Below, piece by piece: positions 49,527-58,426 of a stretch of 64,000 bases of DNA; position 1 is the first letter of the stretch, and each line of letters begins with the position of its first letter. The stretch is from an uncultured Methanosarcinales archaeon. GTDB lineage: Archaea > Nanobdellota > Nanobdellia > Woesearchaeales > JACPBV01. Made by a program: the position numbers and the translations under genes. The notes below the pieces were generated by a model. It did no database searches and had not been told where the DNA came from. It saw nothing but the letters and a program-made list of their open reading frames with translations. Location of the stretch: NCBI GenBank assembly GCA_964618315.1, contig CAZTWQ010000002.1, forward strand, positions 22,980 through 86,979. Direction: 5' to 3'.

Positions 49527-51182
49527 ATGGACTTTAAAGAAGAGATAATCAAAGTTTTAGAAAAAGAAACTAATGTTAAAGAAATTAATCTAGAAGTCCC
49601 CCCTGATCCTGCTATGGGTGATTTTGCTTTTCCGTGTTTTTCTTTAGCTAAAGTGTTTAAGAAAAGCCCTATTGAGATTGCAGCAGATCTAGGTAAGAAG
49701 ATTAAATTAAGCAATGTTATTGAGAAGATAGAGATAAAAGGACCTTATCTGAATTTCTTTGTACATAAAGGCAGTTTATCTTCAAATGTCTTGAAGGAAA
49801 TAATCAAAAATAAAAATTATGGTTCTTTAAGTTTAGGAAAAGGAAAGAAAATATTAGTTGAACATACATCTATCAATCCAAACGCTTCCCCTCATGTTGG
49901 CAGGGCAAGAAATGCCCTTATCGGCGATTCTATAGTACGTATCCTAAAGTTCCAGGATTATAAAGTCGAAACACATTATTTTGTAAACGATATAGGAAAG
50001 CAGATTGCTATGCTCATAATGGGCGCAAAAAGAAAGAAGAAGATTACATTTAATGATCTGCTTAAGATCTATGTCGATATCAATGAAAAAGCAAAGAAAG
50101 ACCCTAAGATCGAAGAAGAGGTATTCTCTTTACTTAATAAGCTCGAAAATGGAGATTCTGATGTTAAGAAACAGTTTAAAGATATAGTAGATATATGTGT
50201 TAAAGGGCAGACAAAGATCTTTTCTGAACTTAATATCAATTATGACAAATTTGATTATGAGTCTGACTATCTATGGTCTAAGAAAACAGATGAGATATTG
50301 GCTAAATTAGACAAAACAGGCAAGTTATTTGTTGATGATGATGGAAGAAAAGTTTTGAACCAGGAAGAGTTCAACCTCCCTATGAAAAGCCCTGTTTTTG
50401 TGCTTACAAGAGGAGATGGAACTTCGCTTTATCCTTTACGTGATCTGGCCTATCATATTGATAAGAAAAAAGATGAGAATATTATATTATTAGGTGAAGA
50501 CCAGAAATTATATCATCAACAGATTACAGCTGCATTAAGTTTGCTTAGCTTCAAGCCACCCCGTGCTGTTCATTATTCTTTTGTTTTATTACAAGAAGGC
50601 AAGATGTCAACAAGGAAAGGCACTGTAGTCCTCTTGGAAGATTTCATGAAAGAAGCTTTAGAGAAGGCAAAAAAAGAAATCTCTAAAAGACATGGTTCAG
50701 TAAAAGAAGAAAATGCCAAAAAAATTGCATATGGTGCGATAAAATATGCAATATTAAAAGTAAGCTCTGATAAGAACGTAACGTTTAATCTAGAGTCTGC
50801 TTTAAGTTTCGAAGGCGACACAGGACCTTATCTTCAATATGCTTATGCCAGGATCAGCTCTATACTTGCTAAAGATAAAGTTAAATCAGACTCTAAAGTT
50901 GATTTTAGTTTATTGGAAGCTCCTGAAGAGATCCAACTGATCAAGAAATTAGGTGATTTCCCTATTGTTGTTAAAAACGTAACTAATAATCTAAAACCCC
51001 ACTTGATATCTAACTATATCTATGAATTGAGTTCTTTGTTTTCTGCATTTTATAATAACTGTCCTGTCTTAAAAGCAGAAGAAAAGGTCAAGAAAGCAAG
51101 GTTAGTTCTTATTGAATGCGTTAAAATAGTTCTTAAGAATGGATTATCTCTTTTGGGTATAGAAGTTCTTGAGAAGATGTGA
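49527..51182 (+). CDS. argS: arginyl-tRNA synthetase
   Basis: 551 aa with the class-I HIGH-region SINPNASPHVGRARN and the KMSTRKG motif. Confidence 0.9.
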   Translation: MDFKEEIIKVLEKETNVKEINLEVPPDPAMGDFAFPCFSLAKVFKKSPIEIAADLGKKIKLSNVIEKIEIKGPYLNFFVHKGSLSSNVLKEIIKNKNYGSLSLGKGKKILVEHTSINPNASPHVGRARNALIGDSIVRILKFQDYKVETHYFVNDIGKQIAMLIMGAKRKKKITFNDLLKIYVDINEKAKKDPKIEEEVFSLLNKLENGDSDVKKQFKDIVDICVKGQTKIFSELNINYDKFDYESDYLWSKKTDEILAKLDKTGKLFVDDDGRKVLNQEEFNLPMKSPVFVLTRGDGTSLYPLRDLAYHIDKKKDENIILLGEDQKLYHQQITAALSLLSFKPPRAVHYSFVLLQEGKMSTRKGTVVLLEDFMKEALEKAKKEISKRHGSVKEENAKKIAYGAIKYAILKVSSDKNVTFNLESALSFEGDTGPYLQYAYARISSILAKDKVKSDSKVDFSLLEAPEEIQLIKKLGDFPIVVKNVTNNLKPHLISNYIYELSSLFSAFYNNCPVLKAEEKVKKARLVLIECVKIVLKNGLSLLGIEVLEKM

Positions 51183-51195
51183 AAAAGAAAGAAAA

Positions 51196-52986
51196 TTATT
51201 TTCCATTTAGATTTAATCTATAGACTGGGACTCCACTTTTGCCTGTTGATTGGGTTTTTACAAATCTTGATTTTGCCATATCCTCTTCTGAAACACCAGG
51301 TAATTGATAAACAAGAATATTTCTTAGTTTTCTTTTTCCAGCTGCCCTTATTGCAGGCGGCAATATTTCAGCAAGTACCTTCGAATTAAGATTTGCAAAA
51401 TCATAAGCATGAGTGTGTCTGACCAATACAGAGTTTCTTGCATAAGATCGATCTACATTACCCCCCCTCATAAAAAGTGGGTCTGGGTCGATATCGTAAA
51501 AACCAACAATTTCCTGATTATCATCTGAAATAACTGTATATATATGCCCTTTAGCTAATGATACTTGCAGAATATCTGCACTTTTAGATACTGCATTAAT
51601 TGCTAATATCTCTTGTTCTACAGCTGCTAATAATAATGTAGGTAGATCAGCAAACGTAGCCCTCCTTACTGAGAGATCTTTTGTTTTTCCAGGGTGGGGT
51701 AAATCAGGGTTTGCATATTGGATAAATGGTATGGTCTCTCTATCATCATTATGTCTAAAGAAAGAATAGGGGTTAGGGCATGCTTCTGCATCACTTCTAT
51801 GGAAAATACGCTCGTGATCAAATGAATCTGATATTCTTGCCCTTAGTTCATTTAATGCAGTAATTTTCTCAAATAAGCCTGTAGATATATATCTTCCATA
51901 ATGATCCATCAAACTTGTGTATGCTTCCATTGTAGAATCAGTATAATCCATCCATGCTTTTCTAAATGGAGAACCCTCACTAGGGTCTTTTAATTTAGTA
52001 CCTTCAGCTGCTCGAAGTAATGTAGCAAATGTATCTGTTGAGGAGTATTCACCTTCTCTAAGTGGATTGTCAGCCAATTGACCAAAAGGAGTATTTGCTC
52101 TTTTACACATAGCACTCATTATTGTTTGTGCTTCAGTTATACTCTCCCCCATATCAGTTTTTGCTCCCTCTATATCAACCATGATTTCCATAGCTAGCTC
52201 TTCATATTCCCTCATCAAAGTATATGCTTCTTCAGCTCCACCTATCAATCTAGTGGATCTTGTAGTGATGTCTGCAATTATTTCAAGGTCTTTAGGTGTT
52301 AGGTTAAATTTATCAGACTGTTCTTGTACAAATGAGATTCTATCCTCACTAAATTCCCTTAAATTAGATAAATATTCATCAAATTTGGATTTATCATCCT
52401 GATCGATTGCTGTTGATACCAGAATTTCAAGCAAGAAGTAATGTGCACGCATAGCAACAGCCATTGAAGGACCTGTCGATTCCATCTCAAAATGCATATC
52501 TCCTTCAGCTGCAATTCTTTCTAATGAATCTGTTAGTGTATTGCAATGTTCTGCAGCATAATCTAATGTTCTTGAACTAGCAGTAAAACTATGGTACATA
52601 TCTAAATAAGGATCAGGTGTATGTGCTAATGTATCTTCAGTGAGATGTCTAGTAAGCAGTTCTGCAGCATCAGTTATCTCGAGTTCAAATGCTTCCTGGA
52701 GGTGTTCATCATGCAATATGTCAGTATCTATACTATCTCTTTGTTTTGTTGGAACATAGTATCCTGTTCCATCATTACCAGCATATACAAGAACTCCTTT
52801 TGTTTTGGATGTTATTGGTATTTTACTCAACAATTTTTGTGTTGGGTCACTACCTTCTAAACAATGAAGCCCATATAATCTGGATTCTGTGCTTACTCTT
52901 GGATCGAATAATAATGTAGTTTCATCAGGGTTAGCCCCCTTACTACCAGTATTACGTCCACCATTTCTTCTTTTATTTTTACCCAT
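51196..52986 (-). CDS. large hypothetical protein with GNAT-like C-terminal region (atypical composition)
   Basis: 596 aa from the ATG at 52986, with a basic Gly/Arg-rich N-terminus. The C-terminal ~170 aa start with VRRATFADLPTLLLAAVEQE, a GNAT-like beta1-alpha1 pattern (weak). Confidence 0.5.
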   Translation of the reverse strand: MGKNKRRNGGRNTGSKGANPDETTLLFDPRVSTESRLYGLHCLEGSDPTQKLLSKIPITSKTKGVLVYAGNDGTGYYVPTKQRDSIDTDILHDEHLQEAFELEITDAAELLTRHLTEDTLAHTPDPYLDMYHSFTASSRTLDYAAEHCNTLTDSLERIAAEGDMHFEMESTGPSMAVAMRAHYFLLEILVSTAIDQDDKSKFDEYLSNLREFSEDRISFVQEQSDKFNLTPKDLEIIADITTRSTRLIGGAEEAYTLMREYEELAMEIMVDIEGAKTDMGESITEAQTIMSAMCKRANTPFGQLADNPLREGEYSSTDTFATLLRAAEGTKLKDPSEGSPFRKAWMDYTDSTMEAYTSLMDHYGRYISTGLFEKITALNELRARISDSFDHERIFHRSDAEACPNPYSFFRHNDDRETIPFIQYANPDLPHPGKTKDLSVRRATFADLPTLLLAAVEQEILAINAVSKSADILQVSLAKGHIYTVISDDNQEIVGFYDIDPDPLFMRGGNVDRSYARNSVLVRHTHAYDFANLNSKVLAEILPPAIRAAGKRKLRNILVYQLPGVSEEDMAKSRFVKTQSTGKSGVPVYRLNLNGK

Positions 52987-53188
52987 AATTAATAAAAACA
53001 ACGATTTCTTTTTAAAGTTTTCCCTAAAGAGTAGTTAAATAATTAAGGTATTGGGATCTTTACAAACATTTAAACATTTTCATATTGACGATAAATTTGT
53101 GATAAGCTGGTGACAAAAAAGTCAGTTTTAATAAAACAAAAGTTTTTTATATGCATATCTCTAATTTAGATAAAAAGAGTGTAAAATA

Positions 53189-54415
53189 ATGCTATTATTA
53201 AGAGAACAGATTATCATTTTAGGTATTATGTTAGTTTTGTCTGCATTCTTTTCTGGTTCTGAAACTGCTATAATGGGTATTGGCAGGTTAAAAGCTATCC
53301 ATCTTCTTGAGAAAAAGAAAAAAGGTGCCAAAACCCTGATGAAGTTAAAGGATGAGGTCCATAGAACTTTAACAACCATATTGATAGGAAATAATGTTGT
53401 CAATGTTGGTGCTTCTGTCCTTGCTACATCCATAGCTTTTGAACTTTTCAGTAATTATGCTCTAAGCGCCACAACAGGAATAATGACCTTATTGATATTG
53501 GTATTTGGAGAGATAACTCCTAAATCATTAGCTACAATCCATATGGAAAAGTTTGCTTTGATAGCTGCAAAGCCAATATACTGGTTGAGTATATTGTTAT
53601 TCCCGATAATCTGGTTTTTTGATGTCTTTACTCGATTACTAACACGAAATGTTGAAGAAAAGCCTTTGATAACAGAAGATGAGATCAAGACTATTGTCAG
53701 AGCAGGAGAAGAAGTAGGTGCTATTGAAGAAGAAGAACATAAGATGATACAGAGAGTGTTTAAGTTTGACGATATCAATGTCAGTGAAGTGATGACACCA
53801 AGACCCGATATGATTTCAATAAACCAAAATGCTTCTTTAAAAGATCTAAAGAAAATAGTCAATAAGCATGCTTTCTCAAAAATACCTGTATACGATAAGA
53901 CTAAAGACCATATTGTAGGTGTTGTATTTACTAAAGATCTACTTAAACAAAAAGATCTAAACAAAAAAGTTAATAATATCATTCTAAAGATTCATTTTGT
54001 TCCTGAAACACAAAAATTAGATACATTATTAGGGCAGTTAAAAAAGAGGAAAGAATCAATAGCCATAGTGGTAGATGAGCATGGGACCGTTGCAGGGTTA
54101 GTCACAATTGATGATCTTTTGGAGGAAATCGTCGGAGAAATAGTTACAGAAAAAGATAAAGTAAGCCCTTCTATAAAGAAAACAGGCAAGAAAACATGGA
54201 TTGTTGAAGGCAAAACAGATATCCAGGAAGTTAATTCTAAGCTAAAGAGTAAGTTTAAGGAAGAAGAGGATTTTGAGACTATTGGTGGTTATGTTCTGGA
54301 TAAGCTGGAAAGGATACCTAAAGAAGGGGATAAACTATCTGTTGGCAAGTATACTTTTTCTGTCATTAAGTTATCAGGTAAAAGGATAAAAGAGATAAAG
54401 ATAGAGAAGAAATAA
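53189..54415 (+). CDS. CNNM/CorC-family transporter (DUF21 + CBS pair + CorC_HlyC)
   Basis: 408 aa with an N-terminal 4-TM DUF21, two CBS repeats, and a C-terminal CorC domain. Confidence 0.85.
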   Translation: MLLLREQIIILGIMLVLSAFFSGSETAIMGIGRLKAIHLLEKKKKGAKTLMKLKDEVHRTLTTILIGNNVVNVGASVLATSIAFELFSNYALSATTGIMTLLILVFGEITPKSLATIHMEKFALIAAKPIYWLSILLFPIIWFFDVFTRLLTRNVEEKPLITEDEIKTIVRAGEEVGAIEEEEHKMIQRVFKFDDINVSEVMTPRPDMISINQNASLKDLKKIVNKHAFSKIPVYDKTKDHIVGVVFTKDLLKQKDLNKKVNNIILKIHFVPETQKLDTLLGQLKKRKESIAIVVDEHGTVAGLVTIDDLLEEIVGEIVTEKDKVSPSIKKTGKKTWIVEGKTDIQEVNSKLKSKFKEEEDFETIGGYVLDKLERIPKEGDKLSVGKYTFSVIKLSGKRIKEIKIEKK

Positions 54416-54454
54416 ATTTATATATATCAATTAGTTCTTTATTTTTGTGAGATT

Positions 54455-54880
54455 ATGGTCGATATATACTTAGCAGCTACAGATTCACTTGATATAGTTG
54501 GTTCTGAAGATGATGGATCACATATTGATCTGATAGGAAGTTGTTTAGAACAGGCTATATTGAGTATGATAGGTGCTAAAAGGTTTGCTGATTGCGATAC
54601 AGGCAGAACTTATTCATATTCCAGACGTGTTTCTGGTTCTCTTGATGGAAGAGACGTAACTGTCATTCTTGCACTTTTTCGAGAGGGTGAGAAAGCACAT
54701 GTTGATGTTTTTACAGATCTAGAAGAACTTGCTTTACCTGATTGTCCTGATGATCTAGGTCTTGATAATGCAATTAGTACAGGATATGGAATATATTTGG
54801 ATTTTGTTAATCAATTAGAAGCTAAGAGAAGAACTCAGGATAATCTTGATACATACTTCCCTCATGCCCATGGTTATTAG
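54455..54880 (+). CDS. hypothetical acidic protein (atypical composition)
   Basis: 141-aa ORF, no family recognised. Confidence 0.4.
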   Translation: MVDIYLAATDSLDIVGSEDDGSHIDLIGSCLEQAILSMIGAKRFADCDTGRTYSYSRRVSGSLDGRDVTVILALFREGEKAHVDVFTDLEELALPDCPDDLGLDNAISTGYGIYLDFVNQLEAKRRTQDNLDTYFPHAHGY

Positions 54881-54958
54881 AACTTTTACAAAGTAATATT
54901 TCTATAATAACTAATATCAACAGTTAAATTTAAAACCCTTTTAGTAATTCTCTCTAAT

Positions 54959-55714
54959 ATGCCTAAACAAGATAAATTAATAATCCTTGACCTGGATGGT
55001 ACTGTCTGGGATGTTGGTGGTTTTAATATTGAAGCCTCTAAAGCTGTTTTTGATGGACACAATCGTGAAGGAGACATCAGAAATGCTAATTCCCATGGAA
55101 GCACCATGTATCTAGTCAATAAGGCATTGATGAGACTTGTAGTTGATGCACCAACTTATGGGCATATAACTGGTGCAATGGGGAGATGGATAAACAGAGG
55201 CAAAGAATTACTAGATGATGACCCCAATTCATTAGAGCCTTTCAGACTTTATTCAGGTGTTACGGATTTACTAAGTTTACTTGATAAAACTGCTCATCTA
55301 GGTATAGTATCAGGTAATCATCGTGACTTAGCTCAACCCATCCTAGAGTATTTTAGTCTAGAAGACATTTTTACACCTGAATCACAAATATATCAGGATG
55401 GTTTTATAGGCAATGGCAGGATAAGTTCAATAGCAGCACGTGCTAGCGGCATAATTATCTGCATGATGAGACAAAGACAAAAAGGCATCAAATTCAATGA
55501 AGTATTTTATGTAGGCGATGCACCAACAGACATTGAATCAGCTAATAAGGCAGACAATGTAGTATCCGAGCTTTCAGGAATCAGAGTTAGGGGAGTTGCC
55601 GTTGCCCATACCCACACGATGAATCAACTTTTAGCTCAAAACCCAGCTTATTGTTTTGAAAACCTCAAGGATCATGAACATGTCGCTAATCAAATACTTT
55701 ATGGAACTCAGTAG
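54959..55714 (+). CDS. HAD-superfamily hydrolase/phosphatase
   Basis: Motif I LILDLDGTVWD and motif IV YVGDAPTDIESA. Confidence 0.7.
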   Translation: MPKQDKLIILDLDGTVWDVGGFNIEASKAVFDGHNREGDIRNANSHGSTMYLVNKALMRLVVDAPTYGHITGAMGRWINRGKELLDDDPNSLEPFRLYSGVTDLLSLLDKTAHLGIVSGNHRDLAQPILEYFSLEDIFTPESQIYQDGFIGNGRISSIAARASGIIICMMRQRQKGIKFNEVFYVGDAPTDIESANKADNVVSELSGIRVRGVAVAHTHTMNQLLAQNPAYCFENLKDHEHVANQILYGTQ

Positions 55715-55741
55715 ATCACAAATACCCTTTCTTAAGATTAG

Positions 55742-55770
55742 GTGACCACAATAAATATAAGTGTGGTCAC
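55742..55770. terminator. 9-bp-stem hairpin between convergent HAD and Fic genes
   Basis: GTGACCACA-(11 nt)-TGTGGTCAC. It overlaps the Fic stop codon and is built from the same TGTGACCACA box found in the Fic promoter. Confidence 0.4.
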
Positions 55771-56711
55771 ATATTTTTTAGTTGTTTTTTTAGTGTTTTA
55801 TATTCTTTTAGGATTAGGTCTATCATTGGTCTTAAATTTCCTTCATGTTCGTACATTTGAAGTGCTTGATAATACTCCTGCCTATTCTTTAGTTCAATAT
55901 TCATAGGGGGCAGCCCATTTTTTAACAAAATATTATTAAGCAGTAATCTTCCTACCCTACCATTGCCATCTTGAAATGGGTGAATATTTTCGAATTGATT
56001 GTGAACTACAACTGCAAGCAGCAAAGGGGGGTATTTCTTCTTATTTTCATCATACCATTTGATTAATTCTTTCAATAAACTAGTTACTGATTGAGATGGC
56101 GCACCCCTATGGATAATATTTCCAAATTTATCCCTTATCCCTACTTCAACTCCTTTTGGCCTGATTTTTCCTGCAAAATCTTTTGAGTTTTTAAAGCAGA
56201 ATCTATGTAAGTCTCTTATTAATCTTAATGATATATGTACTTTTGTCTCCCTTATATAGTCTACTGCTCCTGCTACACCATAAGTTTCTGAGATCTCCCA
56301 TTTTGAGGTATCTTGGGGCCATTCATCATTTTCAATTATATTTTCTACTTCATGAAACGTTACAGTTGAACCTTCTATAGCATTAGTATCATAAGTAAAT
56401 CTTTCTGTAAAATGTAGCCAATCCCTTTTAGATAAATGGTTTATCCTTATTGTTTCTTTTATGTTAAGTTTTTCTAATTCTTTTATCTCTTTAGTTGATA
56501 ATATATAGTTTAAAGGATTTCTTATTGTCTTGTAGCTCTTTATTTGTTCTTTGATCATTTCTTCGGCTCTTTTTTTAAGTTTCTCTAGCTCTTTTTTAGA
56601 TAAGTTAGACCCCAGATACCTCCTGATCTTTCTTGTTTTATCTTTCTCTCTAAAAGAATATGTAAGATAATATAGTATTTTCTTGCCTTTTTTTCTTATT
56701 TCTATAAACAT
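55767..56711 (-). CDS. Fic/DOC-family protein, second paralogue
   Basis: HPFQDGNGRVGR motif. The start is taken at Met26 of the track ORF (MFIEIRKKGKK...) by analogy with the first Fic N-terminus. Confidence 0.8.
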   Translation of the reverse strand: MFIEIRKKGKKILYYLTYSFREKDKTRKIRRYLGSNLSKKELEKLKKRAEEMIKEQIKSYKTIRNPLNYILSTKEIKELEKLNIKETIRINHLSKRDWLHFTERFTYDTNAIEGSTVTFHEVENIIENDEWPQDTSKWEISETYGVAGAVDYIRETKVHISLRLIRDLHRFCFKNSKDFAGKIRPKGVEVGIRDKFGNIIHRGAPSQSVTSLLKELIKWYDENKKKYPPLLLAVVVHNQFENIHPFQDGNGRVGRLLLNNILLKNGLPPMNIELKNRQEYYQALQMYEHEGNLRPMIDLILKEYKTLKKQLKNM

Positions 56712-56723
56712 ACTAATATATAG

Positions 56724-56765
56724 TGTGACCACATATTTAAACTTTTCTATTTTATGTGACCACAT
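56724..56765 (-). promoter_or_regulatory. two direct TGTGACCACAT boxes bracketing the Fic TATA box
   Basis: 11-bp repeats at 56724-56734 and 56755-56765, 31 bp apart, with a TTTAAATAT TATA-like element between them on the minus strand. Confidence 0.4.
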
Positions 56766-56815
56766 AATATCATATAACCAATACATTTAAAAAAACAAAA
56801 TAATTCTTAAATACT

Positions 56816-57610
56816 ATGAAAATAATAAAGATTCCTTCATCTCAAGGGGGTCTAGGAAAAGCAGATGGTTCAGAGCTAGCCCCAGATAAGATTATTGAGC
56901 AGACTAAAGAATTATTCATGTCTGAAGATAAAGTTCTGCCTGTCTTTGATGTTGATTCAGTTGATGTCATAAGTTCAAATATAGAAGAGACAAATAAGAA
57001 CATATTCAACAAAGCAAAAGAGGCACTATCAAATAATACAAAGCCATTGTTTTTAGGCGGTGACCATTCTGTAACATTTCCTATTGTCAAAGCCTTTTCA
57101 GAAACTTATCCTTCTAACCCAGGAATCATAATATTTGATGCACATCCTGATTGTGAAAATGATTTTACACCACCTACGCAGGAAGACCTGGTCAATGGGC
57201 TGGTCAATCAGAATATTATAAAAAAAGAGAATATTATCTTAGTAGGTATCAGAAATTGGGATAAGAATGAGATTGAGTTCCTTTCTAAGAATAATATAAA
57301 GTATTTCTCCATGAAAGAGATCATGGCTAATGGTATACATGATGTTTCTGATTCTTTTATGAGCGTCGCAAAAGATTTTTCTGACCTTTACATAAGCATT
57401 GACATAGATGTGCTTGACCCTGCATTTGCTCCAGGTACTGGTTATATCGAACCAGGGGGACTAAGTACAAGAGAATTGCTATTTTTCTTACAAAGGCTGA
57501 AAAGACTGAAGAATCTTCGTGCCTATGATCTTGTTGAGATAAATCCTGCTAAAGATATCAATGATATGACTTCTAAAGTAGGGGCTAAGATATTGGTTGA
57601 GTTGTGTTAG
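56816..57610 (+). CDS. arginase/agmatinase-family ureohydrolase
   Basis: GGDHSVT, DAHPD, and SIDIDVLDPAFAPGTG Mn-binding motifs. Confidence 0.85.
   Translation: MKIIKIPSSQGGLGKADGSELAPDKIIEQTKELFMSEDKVLPVFDVDSVDVISSNIEETNKNIFNKAKEALSNNTKPLFLGGDHSVTFPIVKAFSETYPSNPGIIIFDAHPDCENDFTPPTQEDLVNGLVNQNIIKKENIILVGIRNWDKNEIEFLSKNNIKYFSMKEIMANGIHDVSDSFMSVAKDFSDLYISIDIDVLDPAFAPGTGYIEPGGLSTRELLFFLQRLKRLKNLRAYDLVEINPAKDINDMTSKVGAKILVELC
57560..57610 (+). repeat. ureohydrolase 3' end, copy A of a diverged direct repeat
   Basis: The last 14 codons plus stop are re-found at 58336-58380. Confidence 0.8.
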
Positions 57611-57651
57611 ATTACAAAATTATTTAAATAAAAGCAAATATTTATATATTA

Positions 57652-57984
57652 ATGAATGATAATGAATATATAATAAAATATTTAAGGAAATATAAAAAAG
57701 AAGATATCTTAATAGATAAACACGCTGAATTAAGGGCTAAACAAAGGGACCTCGATTTAGAAGAAGTATATTATAATTTGTTAAACCCTTCCAAAAGATT
57801 ATCATTCACAAATAAACTTGAAGAAGAAAGCGATGGTTTAGAAAAATTTAAATGTTATTTTGGCTATAGTAAAACACAATGTCAAATTTACATAATAAAA
57901 TTTAGTGACAAATTAATCATCAAAACAATAATAAAATTAAATAAAAGATGGCAGAAAAGGGCTGAAAAATATGGAAAAATTTAA
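57652..57984 (+). CDS. DUF4258-like small protein (putative toxin)
   Basis: 110 aa with the HAELRAKQRDL pattern typical of DUF4258 (from memory). It overlaps the next ORF. Confidence 0.4.
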   Translation: MNDNEYIIKYLRKYKKEDILIDKHAELRAKQRDLDLEEVYYNLLNPSKRLSFTNKLEEESDGLEKFKCYFGYSKTQCQIYIIKFSDKLIIKTIIKLNKRWQKRAEKYGKI

Positions 57985-58327
57985 TATAGATTATGATAAC
58001 GAATCAGATGATTTGTTTCTTTATGCTAAAGAGAAAAGTAAGGGTTCAGTTGAAATTGGAGACTTAATATTGGATTTTGATAGGGGTGGAAAATTAGTGG
58101 GTATAGAGATGTTGAATGCAACTAATTTTTTATGTGATTGTGTGGCAGATAAAGATAAAATTTCTAAAGAATTCTTATCTAAGCTAGTGAAATGTGAAAT
58201 CGAAGTTAAACAAAAAAATAATTTCTTATTTATAAAAGTTAATTTAATCGGTAAGGATGTGATTGTTCCTTGTCCAATAAATGCTCCAATTGTTACTGAA
58301 ACAAGCCCTGCATTGGCTTATACTTAG
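57971..58327 (+). CDS. DUF2283-like small protein (putative antitoxin partner)
   Basis: 118 aa with YDNESDDLFLY...GKLVGIEML, the pattern of DUF2283. Confidence 0.45.
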   Translation: MEKFNIDYDNESDDLFLYAKEKSKGSVEIGDLILDFDRGGKLVGIEMLNATNFLCDCVADKDKISKEFLSKLVKCEIEVKQKNNFLFIKVNLIGKDVIVPCPINAPIVTETSPALAYT

Positions 58328-58330
58328 AGA

Positions 58331-58380
58331 AATGTATGACTTCTAAAGTAGGAGCTAAAATATTAGTTGAGTTATGTTGA
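58331..58380 (+). repeat. orphan copy B of the ureohydrolase 3' end
   Basis: It still reads MTSKVGAKILVELC-stop. It differs from copy A by four third-position G-to-A changes and a TAG-to-TGA stop change. Confidence 0.8.
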
Positions 58381-58426
58381 TAAAAACATAAATCTTTTAT
58401 AAAAGATATATTTCTTATTTAATGAA

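Noticed and set aside
15948-53001. Track start codons at TTG or GTG: 5961, 6665, 15948, 24051, 30701, 33245, 39195, 42141 and 53001.
   Set aside because: In most cases the TTG or GTG lies inside or beside the Shine-Dalgarno sequence, and an ATG follows 2-5 codons later (26 codons later for 39195) with proper spacing. Starts were moved to that ATG.
54455-54880. Faint resemblance of the 141-aa ORF (VTVILALFREGEKAHVDVFT) to pyruvoyl-dependent AdoMet decarboxylase (SpeH), which would fit the nearby ureohydrolase.
   Set aside because: The self-processing ESH serine motif is absent and the similarity is limited to a few residues.
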